Part shown: positions 28,772 through 36,218 of the stretch, piece after piece
Layout of the letters: each line of letters opens with the position of its first letter
Numbering within the stretch: the first letter of the stretch is position 1
Notes under the pieces: generated by a model
The model's input: the letters and a program-made list of their open reading frames with translations, nothing else
The model's database searches: none
What the model was told of the DNA's origin: nothing
Program-made: the position numbers and the translations under genes
Assembly: GCA_044222145.1 (NCBI GenBank)
Contig: JBGANU010000008.1
Span: 18,216 to 82,215, forward strand
Source of the DNA: Cyclobacteriaceae bacterium
GTDB lineage: Bacteria > Bacteroidota > Bacteroidia > Cytophagales > Cyclobacteriaceae
Direction of reading: 5' to 3'
DNA length: 64,000 bases

Positions 28772-28809
28772 ACAGGTTACAGTTGAATTAACGTTCAGCA
28801 GGACGTAGC

Positions 28810-28874
28810 GGAACAATGCCAATGAGGTTGAGGGGATTTATTTCTTGAAGGAACAACCTCATTGGCATAGTTCC
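28810..28874. repeat. Long hairpin with 21-bp arms (one mismatch) and a 23-nt loop
   Basis: The arms are GGAACAATGCCAATGAGGTTG and CAACCTCATTGGCATAGTTCC. It lies 39 nt after the 28771 stop and has no T-run. Confidence 0.5.
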
Positions 28875-29686
28875 ATTAATTCCAATTCAAAAAGATTTCA
28901 AATATGGAGGCAAAGCACTTGCCGGAAAATGCGATCTAAATTTCTATTGGCCTATTCGGTATCTCACTTTCGACAAGAGCTTTGCCAAGACAAAAGAGTT
29001 TAGTAATGATTATTAAGAATAACTAACAAAAGACCATTTCACCGCTAAGCCAAAGGTAGGCCTGTTGCGAAACCTTTGTAAAGGGCATGGCAAGTGCCGA
29101 TTGTTATTTTATCTTTTTATGGAATCGTCACCCTTGACAAAGGTTCCACAACATGCGCAATTGGCGGCTTGTCGGTAAGAATGGTGGGATGTATATCATT
29201 TCAAAGTATATCTTCTCCGCCCTACAAGTTCATTTTCAGAAAATCCTTAAGCTTTTCTTTTTCAGCAAGGGGGAGCACTGTCCAAGCGTCTTTCTCCAGC
29301 CATGGTCACCGAAGCAAGTGGAAAGATTTCGGCTTTTTCGTGACGCGATTAGTGATGTGTTAGTAGTTAATAAGCTTCCTTAAGGTTAGTCTTTGTCAAT
29401 TCAGCGGGAACGTTCGCTGACAAAATATCTCTCCTCGTTAATTGTATCTTTTTGCCAATTGGTTAGTTTTGAGTAGAAACAATTCACCATGATAGAACTA
29501 AGACCACAGCGTGATTGTAATATTGTAATGCTAATTGTTTCATTGATTCATTGTTGCGCAACAAACTCAAAAAACCATTCTAAGATTGGATCAGTTTATA
29601 TCCGGAGAAACTTGAAGGCAACATCTCCTTCCTTCAAACAGGACTGGGTCAGGACCGCTCCAAGAGTCAAGGTTATCTCATCTTGG

Positions 29687-30964
29687 ATGATACGAGTATT
29701 ATTATTCTTAGGGCTTACAATAGTTTTTTCATGTGAAGAAAAGCTAGATCCTTTAACCACCTATCAGCAAAAGATTGTAAATGAATTAAATGCGTTAACT
29801 CAACCTATTGCCGGGTCAAGTCCAGGCTTAGGCCAAAGTGATCTTTTACCTCTAGATTTTTTAGCCGATGCAAAAATCGTAGGCTTGGGTGAAGCAACAC
29901 ATGGAACAAAGGAATTCTTCGAGATGAAACACCGTATATTCCGATATATGGTAGAAAAATTTGACTTTAAAGCTATTGGCTTTGAAATGGATTTTGCTGA
30001 ATCAATAATCTTTGATGACTACATTCAGGGAAAAAGAAGTGATGAACTGAAGATATTAATGAGAACTTCAATGATATTCTGGATTTGGAATACAGAAGAA
30101 GTCAGATCCCTTTTGGAATGGATGAAAACCTATAATCAAGGTAAATCCGAAGCAGACCGTTTACATTTTTATGGATTTGACTGCCAATTTCCCAGGTACA
30201 ATGCGGATTTTTTAGTTGATAGGATTAGTAAAGTTGATTTAGTTTTTGCAAGTGAGGCTCGACAGAAACTTGCATTATATCAGCAGCTTAATTCTTTCGC
30301 AGGAGATAGTTCTAATTATAAGATTGTCTTAAAAAGTGTAAATGATATTTATAGTCAGATTGTCTCTCGCAAGGATGATTTGATAAGCAGGGGTTTATCT
30401 AGTTGGGACTATGAAATAGTAAAGCAGCTTTCGAGAACGATTGTACAAACGCATGACGTCATCTACAGAGTAAAGCTAAAGGATTACAAAATATGGCATA
30501 GGGATTTATACATGGCAGAAAACGCACAATGGATTTCTAACCTGATTGGCCAGGACAAGAAAATCTGCCTGTGGGCACATAACTTGCATATTTCGGGGGA
30601 TATACAAAATAAACGCATGGGCTATTATCTTGCCTCCTCGTTAAGTGACCAATATAAAAAAGTGGGCTTCGTTTTCACCAATGGTACTTTTCATCCGGGC
30701 CCGTGGGCTATTGAAACTCCACCGATTGCTAACTCTATTAATTATATATTACACCAATCCAAATTGCCTAATTTCATTTTAGATATAAATAGTATTCCAT
30801 TCAAATATGATTTATACAAATATGCTCGTCTGCGACAGGGGCTCTTATCAATTGGTGGTACCTATAATCTAGTTCCCAAGGATAATTATAGGGAAACCTC
30901 TCTTCATGGTTCTTTTGATGCACTGATCTACTTTGATAGAACAAATCATTCGGAACTTTTTTGA
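29687..30964 (+). CDS. Erythromycin esterase-family lipoprotein
   Basis: The ATG at 29687 gives the lipoprotein signal MIRVLLFLGLTIVFSCEEK. It has the family motif GLGEATHGTKEFFEMKHR and HNLHI. Confidence 0.75.
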   Translation: MIRVLLFLGLTIVFSCEEKLDPLTTYQQKIVNELNALTQPIAGSSPGLGQSDLLPLDFLADAKIVGLGEATHGTKEFFEMKHRIFRYMVEKFDFKAIGFEMDFAESIIFDDYIQGKRSDELKILMRTSMIFWIWNTEEVRSLLEWMKTYNQGKSEADRLHFYGFDCQFPRYNADFLVDRISKVDLVFASEARQKLALYQQLNSFAGDSSNYKIVLKSVNDIYSQIVSRKDDLISRGLSSWDYEIVKQLSRTIVQTHDVIYRVKLKDYKIWHRDLYMAENAQWISNLIGQDKKICLWAHNLHISGDIQNKRMGYYLASSLSDQYKKVGFVFTNGTFHPGPWAIETPPIANSINYILHQSKLPNFILDINSIPFKYDLYKYARLRQGLLSIGGTYNLVPKDNYRETSLHGSFDALIYFDRTNHSELF

Positions 30965-31347
30965 GTGAGAAAGCTCACTATCTGTTAATGAATTTAAGGA
31001 TCCTCAGTGACTTAGGTCGGAGTCTACTTCAGTGAGTGAAATGACAGCTATCATCTCTTGAATGGACTTCCTTGTTTTTCCATCTCTGTACTTGGATAGA
31101 AACCAAATTATCTTGTTGGCATCAATGCCCTTCGCCATAGCCATTCTGGTTTTGTTACAACATATTTCTTTCATTAATCATTGCGCAAATTTAGGCTTAT
31201 GCCTGAATATGCTTGCAAGGAATTTCCGGCATAAACGGTTTCCCCCTTTCAGTCGTGCCTCCTTCCAGGAACCCCCATTTATTCCGTTCCTCCTTGCGCA
31301 AATTCCGTCCTAAGCCTGCCAGGGCACCATAATTAAATCAAACGATT

Positions 31348-31815
31348 ATGGAAAACACAAATGAAAACAGAAAATTTGAGGTAGCTGAGATTCAGCTTTC
31401 CTACAGAACAAACGTGAAGCCCTCGTTGCGTCCTAAAATCAACAGTTCAGTTGATACTCACAATATCTTACTTGAAAGTTGGGACGATTCCAAGATTGAA
31501 TTTGTAGAACAGTTCAAGGTATTACTGTTAAACAGGGCTAACAAGGTATTGGGAATTCTTGATGTGTCAACTGGAGGAGTTACCGGAACAGTTGCAGATC
31601 CGAAAGTGATCTTTGTGGCAGCAATCAAGGCCAATGCTTCCGCGATTATAATGGCTCACAATCACCCCTCCGGTAATCTGCGACCAAGTCAGTCAGATAT
31701 TGATCTAACACGAAAGATAAAAGAAGGCGGCAAGTTTTTGGAAATCCAGTTGCTTGATCACGTCATTGTTACAACTGAAGGATATTATTCCTTCGCAGAC
31801 GAAGGGCTGGTTTAG
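31348..31815 (+). CDS. radC: RadC-like JAB/MPN domain protein
   Basis: It has the JAMM motif AHNHPSGNLRPSQSD and the C-terminus LLDHVIV, with the usual 155-aa size. Confidence 0.85.
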   Translation: MENTNENRKFEVAEIQLSYRTNVKPSLRPKINSSVDTHNILLESWDDSKIEFVEQFKVLLLNRANKVLGILDVSTGGVTGTVADPKVIFVAAIKANASAIIMAHNHPSGNLRPSQSDIDLTRKIKEGGKFLEIQLLDHVIVTTEGYYSFADEGLV

Positions 31816-31841
31816 GTCTTTTACAGAAAATCTTTCACAAG

Positions 31842-32237
31842 TTGGGAGGAACTTGTGAAGTGCAAAATTATGAACCACTCATCTTTGGGTTTACTCAAAC
31901 AGGAGGAATAGTGGAATTAACGGATCAATTTTTAAAGAAAATATTTGGCGATTATTTTAAGTCTGAATTTTCTAAAATTCTGCCTGAAGTAATCCGGGAA
32001 ACAACAAAAGCCAACCCGCTTTTTATAGGTCAAGAATTTATTTCAATTAAAAACGCCATGACTCGATATAACCTATCCAGAAAAACAATCTACAATTACC
32101 ATAACAGAGGACATATAACTTTGCATACCTCAGATGGTAAAACGTTTATTTCAATTGTTGAATTGGAAGCTCATATTAAAAATAATCCACTCCCTAGAAA
32201 AGGTGATCAAGCCTCAACTTCTGCTACCAAACTTTGA
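31842..32237 (+). CDS. Excisionase-like HTH DNA-binding protein
   Basis: It has the HTH ISIKNAMTRYNLSRKTIYNYHNRGHI. There is no in-frame ATG upstream of the HTH, so a TTG (31842) or GTG (31860) start is required. Its 3' end overlaps the integrase 3' end, with the two genes convergent. Confidence 0.6.
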   Translation: MGGTCEVQNYEPLIFGFTQTGGIVELTDQFLKKIFGDYFKSEFSKILPEVIRETTKANPLFIGQEFISIKNAMTRYNLSRKTIYNYHNRGHITLHTSDGKTFISIVELEAHIKNNPLPRKGDQASTSATKL

Positions 32238-33580
32238 TTCTTCGTTGCATTCTTGGTAAAGTTCTTAAAAACTTCATCCCATTTTCCATTCGCGTAAATA
32301 AGACTTTCTTTGTTGACATCCACATATCGGCTAAAGGCTGCAAAGGTTTTGTGTCCCGTTCTGCTCATCGAGGTCTTAGTAGGTATTCCGATAAAATTGT
32401 CAATTGATGCGGCTGTCTTCCTCATGAATTTTGTCGAAAAAATATTCTTCAATGCCACTTCCTCTACCTTTGTTAGCTTCCCATAATTATCATACTTGGG
32501 AACCTGTTTGATTTCTTCCCACATTAATAATCCAGCCATGGTCTTCAGGTTTTGATTCATTCTTTGATTAGTGGGAACATACGGGAACTTGTACTCATAT
32601 TTCTTAAGGATTTCTAATCCAAATTGATTGACCATTATCTCCTGATGCGCATTGCCAGTTTTACTTTCAAAATAGGAGATGCTATTTTGTTTCAAACTGA
32701 AACCATTTTTCCGCAATGAATCACCAAGCTTTTTTAGATCACCGTGCCTGGGGCCTCCAATGGAAACCGCAAAAATGAATAAGTCGCGCGTGCGATCAAG
32801 TTCCGGTCTTTTAGAAAGATCTAAGTTGCAGAGTTCTGCAAATTGTTCTATACTTAAACCTATTGGATCACCATAGCGAGCTTTCACATTGAATTTCTTA
32901 TAGGCATGAGGTATTTTAATTTCATCGTCTTCATCTTGTTCTAAAATCCAGTTGAGAAAAATTCTCAGGTTCTTAAATTGCTTGTGGATGCTTGGTCCTT
33001 GAAGCTTAGGAATAGTAGTCTCAGGAATTCGAAGTCTTGTTAGATAATTCCTGAAATTTTCGAGGAATTGTTTATTCATTTCATTCAAATGAAGAGCACC
33101 CAGTTCTTGGGTAAAGCTTTTGAAGTGCTCATAGGTACTCCGGTATGAATTGATTCCAGCACCAATTTCATTTTCTTTGGCACTAATAAAATCAGAGTAC
33201 CAGGCCAGTACAGACTTATTATTCTTTTCAATTCTTTTCTTGGGGTCTTTAAGATATTCTGCTTTGACATTGGCTGGCGATAGGGGCAGAGATTTTTCCT
33301 TAATTCCAAATATGGCCTTATTCAGTTTATCAAGTTCATCTCTTAATGAACTGTTAGCTTGTTGAAGCTTTTTGCGCTCCTCGTCCTTTAGTTTCTTGTT
33401 GCTTACCAATTTCCATAATTCAAGATTTTCATCATAAAAGCATTCAACCTGTGAAGGGTTCACCTTAATGCCAGTATTCAAACGCCACCTTTCATACAGA
33501 TGAGTATACTCAATCAATAAGCGAGCGTCACCCATTTTATCGGTGTAGGAATCTTTTATGAAAACGATTACTTTTGACAT
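32207..33580 (-). CDS. Tyrosine-type site-specific integrase
   Basis: The ATG at 33580 gives MSKVIVFIKDSYTDKMGDARL (Arm-binding type N-terminus). The catalytic region reads GGPRHGD...MRKTAAS...TGHKTFAAFSRYV. Confidence 0.9.
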   Translation of the reverse strand: MSKVIVFIKDSYTDKMGDARLLIEYTHLYERWRLNTGIKVNPSQVECFYDENLELWKLVSNKKLKDEERKKLQQANSSLRDELDKLNKAIFGIKEKSLPLSPANVKAEYLKDPKKRIEKNNKSVLAWYSDFISAKENEIGAGINSYRSTYEHFKSFTQELGALHLNEMNKQFLENFRNYLTRLRIPETTIPKLQGPSIHKQFKNLRIFLNWILEQDEDDEIKIPHAYKKFNVKARYGDPIGLSIEQFAELCNLDLSKRPELDRTRDLFIFAVSIGGPRHGDLKKLGDSLRKNGFSLKQNSISYFESKTGNAHQEIMVNQFGLEILKKYEYKFPYVPTNQRMNQNLKTMAGLLMWEEIKQVPKYDNYGKLTKVEEVALKNIFSTKFMRKTAASIDNFIGIPTKTSMSRTGHKTFAAFSRYVDVNKESLIYANGKWDEVFKNFTKNATKNQSLVAEVEA

Positions 33581-33717
33581 GACCCGAACTACATTTTGGT
33601 ACAAATTTGGTACAAATATGACCACCGAATTTACCAAAATAGGAGGGGTAGTCAAAATTTTGGTAAGGAAATATGCCTTATTTATGTAATAAAAGGCACT
33701 TTTGTAAAATGTTGAGT

Positions 33718-33742
33718 AGCGGTTCGAATCCGCTCGAGACCT
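33718..33742 (+). other. Orphan tRNA 3' end (T-arm plus 3' acceptor strand), putative att core
   Basis: The sequence is AGCGG-TTCGAAT-CCGCT-CGAGACC-T. No complementary GGTCTCG, D-arm or anticodon arm occurs in the 100 nt upstream. Confidence 0.65.
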
Positions 33743-33750
33743 CCCCAAAA

Positions 33751-33781
33751 CCCTGAATGCTAATTGCATTCAGGGTTTTTT
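33751..33781 (+). terminator. Rho-independent terminator following the tRNA fragment
   Basis: The sequence is CCCTGAATGC-taat-GCATTCAGGG followed by TTTTTTAT. Confidence 0.8.
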
Positions 33782-34100
33782 ATTTTATTAGTAGAGTAAT
33801 TAGTACAATAGAATGGAACTCTGACAATTGATATAGCTGACCAGATCAGTTGATGCGGAAGGAATAATCAAATAGATCAACGTCTGCCACCATTCCAACA
33901 GGTGTTGTCGAAATGCATTTTAAAACAAGCAAAGCAGAACATAAGAAGTATTTAGAGAGCTGGTTGAAAGCAGCGGGCCATAATTATGGTTACGTCAAGA
34001 ACAGACTACCCATGTAACTTCTGGTCGTATTATCGCGTGGCACTGGTGTTCCTGCACGACTGAAAACATTACTTTTGTCACCGAAAAAGAATGGGCATAC

Positions 34101-35762
34101 ATGAAAAATTTTGGTGCAGCCAGAGGAATTTTCTTGCTAACGTGGTGCCTGGTTCTGGCGCAAGCAGGTTATGCGCAGCGCACCAAGACAGACAGTCTAC
34201 AGTATTTGCTCGCTGGCGATCTCAAAGCCCGGCAGCGAATTATAGCGTCTTTGGAGTTGGCAGACTTGATTTACAAGTCAAAACCTTTTGAAGCCCTCAA
34301 ATATGCCAACCAGTCGGCTGACCTGGCAAAAAGGATAAAATCCGATTCGCTGCTCAATGTTTCTTTTCTGCGTCTTGGTAATATCTATGTTCATCTCAGC
34401 AATTATCCCAGGGCATTAACATGTTACCAGCAATCCATTCAGCTTTCCAATAAGCTTTCGGATGACTACCGGCTTGCTCAAACGCAGGCCAATCTCGGCA
34501 TCATCTATTACTATCAGCATGATCTGGAGAATGCTCTGGCATATTACCTGGAAGCGCTGAAAAGATTCAGGAAGTTGCCCTCAGAGGCCGACCATAAGAG
34601 ACTCCTTCTTACAGCCAACCTGCTGAACAATATCGGAGCGATCCATGATGAGACGAAGCGTTTTGACGAAGCTGGTAAATATTATGATGAAGCGCTTGAG
34701 CTGGCCAGGCAATTGAATGAGTTTGAAATCATGGCCAACGTGCTCAACAATCAGGGAACGCTTTACCGCGATCGTGGTGATAACGCGAATGCGTTTGCAC
34801 TTTATAAAGAAGCGATGCTGATCAGAATCAAAAATAACAACAAGCTGGGTATTGCGCGGTCGTACCACAATCTTGGACAGTTCTATCACGAGAAACTATT
34901 GAATAACGATTCGGCCGAACAATATTTTAAAAAGGCCATCGTCATTGGAAAGGAGATCGGATCGTGGCAAACCGTAAGCTCAGCCTCCGAAAGTCTGCAT
35001 CAGTTGTATGAACAGCGCGGAGCCTATAAAGATGCTTACGCCACACTCATTCTCCATCAGCAGATGAACGACAGCTTGTTTAATGAGGAGAGTACACGAA
35101 AAATTGCACAAATGGAGATGCAGTTTGAGTTCGACAAGCAACAAGCATTTATCGAGTCGAAACAGAAGGAAAAAGAACTGTATTACTGGATGATGGGTGG
35201 CGGCCTGACGCTGCTGTTAATTATTGTGACACTCCTTTTTTTTCTGCAACGTAACAAAACGCGGAGATCGAAGTTGGAGCAGGCTAATCTTGAGTTGGAG
35301 AAAGCGCAACTACAAACTGACCTTGCTGTGAAGGACAAAGAGTTGGCGGCCAACATCATGTACTTGTTGAATAAAAATGAATTGATCAATACGATCTCCG
35401 AGAAACTGCTGGACATCAAGCAAAACATTCCTGCCGAATCGCAGACGGCCGTTCAAAAGGTGGTGCTCGACCTCCAGTCTAACCTGCAGCCGGAGCTCTG
35501 GCAGGAGTTTGAATTCCGTTTTCAGCAAGTGCATGAAAATTTTTATCGTGCCCTGAACGATAAGTTTCCCGATCTCTCGCCCAGCGAGAGAAGGCTTTGT
35601 GCTTTTTTGAAATTAAACATGACCACGAAGGAAATTTCGGCCATCACGCATCAGAATGCCAAATCCATAGATGTGGCCCGCACCCGCCTCCGCAAAAAAC
35701 TTAACCTCACAGGAACGGACGCCAATCTGCTCACCTTCCTGGCGCAAATAGAGGCTGCATAG
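34101..35762 (+). CDS. TPR-repeat sensor with one TM helix and a C-terminal LuxR/GerE HTH
   Basis: It has a signal sequence, multiple TPR-like repeats (ANLGIIYY, LNNIGAIH, LNNQGTLY, YHNLGQFY), the TM helix GGGLTLLLIIVTLLFFL and the C-terminus LSPSERRLCAFLKLNMTTKEISAI. Confidence 0.85.
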   Translation: MKNFGAARGIFLLTWCLVLAQAGYAQRTKTDSLQYLLAGDLKARQRIIASLELADLIYKSKPFEALKYANQSADLAKRIKSDSLLNVSFLRLGNIYVHLSNYPRALTCYQQSIQLSNKLSDDYRLAQTQANLGIIYYYQHDLENALAYYLEALKRFRKLPSEADHKRLLLTANLLNNIGAIHDETKRFDEAGKYYDEALELARQLNEFEIMANVLNNQGTLYRDRGDNANAFALYKEAMLIRIKNNNKLGIARSYHNLGQFYHEKLLNNDSAEQYFKKAIVIGKEIGSWQTVSSASESLHQLYEQRGAYKDAYATLILHQQMNDSLFNEESTRKIAQMEMQFEFDKQQAFIESKQKEKELYYWMMGGGLTLLLIIVTLLFFLQRNKTRRSKLEQANLELEKAQLQTDLAVKDKELAANIMYLLNKNELINTISEKLLDIKQNIPAESQTAVQKVVLDLQSNLQPELWQEFEFRFQQVHENFYRALNDKFPDLSPSERRLCAFLKLNMTTKEISAITHQNAKSIDVARTRLRKKLNLTGTDANLLTFLAQIEAA

Positions 35763-35854
35763 CCGTCAACTTCCTTCCCTCATTTTTTCTTCTGCCCTTA
35801 CATCACGTTCTGCTTCACCTGCTAAATCTGCCGGATAATCCACTTTTAAATCCT

Positions 35855-35902
35855 TGTAGTGATTTTGTTAGGGTGTTAAAACGCCTCGTGTAGTGATTTT
35901 GT
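35855..35902 (+). promoter_or_regulatory. Exact 14-nt direct repeat TGTAGTGATTTTGT (two copies, 34 nt start-to-start)
   Basis: The copies are at 35855-35868 and 35889-35902. They lie between the LuxR-type gene and the small-ORF/giant-protease operon. Confidence 0.45.
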
Positions 35903-35978
35903 AGCGACTACTTCTTGCCTGGAATCATCCGGCACGCGCGTATTTGCGCCCTTCAAATATTTTCATCATCCGACTCGC

Positions 35979-36203
35979 ATGAGCAAGCCGTCTAAGCCAA
36001 CTGTTGAGAACTCCTCGGGCCTCTCCGAAACCCAGGAAGTGGAAATGATCAACGCGCTCATTGAAAAGCGTAAGCTGCAATTGGTGGCGCTCAAGAAAAT
36101 CATGAAATCCATGAACAAGCCTGCTGTCAAACCAGCGTCCGATGCTGGTGTGCCGGAAAAAAGTATGACAACAAAAAGAAGTCCGAAGAAAAAACTCAAT
36201 TAA
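35979..36203 (+). CDS. Small (74-aa) Lys-rich coiled-coil hypothetical protein
   Basis: The ORF ends 15 nt before the giant protease gene. No motif was recognised. Confidence 0.45.
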   Translation: MSKPSKPTVENSSGLSETQEVEMINALIEKRKLQLVALKKIMKSMNKPAVKPASDAGVPEKSMTTKRSPKKKLN

Positions 36204-36218
36204 CCTAACCTAAACACT

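Larger units (their letters stand above)
1..33742. mobile_element. Putative integrated genomic island, right-hand part; the left end is not in the window. Cargo is metal and sulfide resistance genes
   Basis: A tyrosine integrase, Xis-like HTH and RadC lie next to an orphan tRNA 3' fragment with its own terminator at 33718-33781. No intact tRNA was found in any intergenic gap to the left. Lines sampled by eye are more AT-rich left of the junction than right of it. Confidence 0.45.

Noticed and set aside
28802-28817. GTAGCGGAACAATGCC partly resembles the att/tRNA fragment GTAGCGGTTCGAATCC. I considered it as a left att site for a 5-kb element.
   Set aside because: Only 11 of 16 positions match, with a 7-nt exact core. 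No tRNA body is adjacent, so this is compatible with chance.
29094-29383. Two overlapping plus-strand ORFs of 89 and 76 aa lie in the ORF-poor stretch.
   Set aside because: They have low-complexity, odd composition, overlap each other in different frames, and have no motif. They are probably chance ORFs in decayed DNA.
29489-29686. The ORF track gives a 66-codon N-terminal extension of the erythromycin esterase ORF.
   Set aside because: The internal ATG at 29687 yields a canonical lipoprotein signal peptide. The extension has no recognisable features.
31062-31313. An 83-aa plus-strand ORF lies upstream of radC.
   Set aside because: It is a hydrophobic or Pro-rich chance-like sequence in a C/T-rich spacer and has no motif. 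It overlaps the more plausible minus-strand 46-aa ORF.
33581-33769. The integrase ORF extends 63 codons upstream in the ORF track.
   Set aside because: The extension reads through the antisense of the tRNA fragment and its terminator. The ATG at 33580 gives the usual MSKV... Arm-binding N-terminus.
34091-34291. A 66-aa ORF lies in another frame, overlapping the start of the TPR-LuxR gene.
   Set aside because: It is an overlapping alternative frame. The 34101 frame gives a proper signal peptide and 553 aa of recognisable domains.
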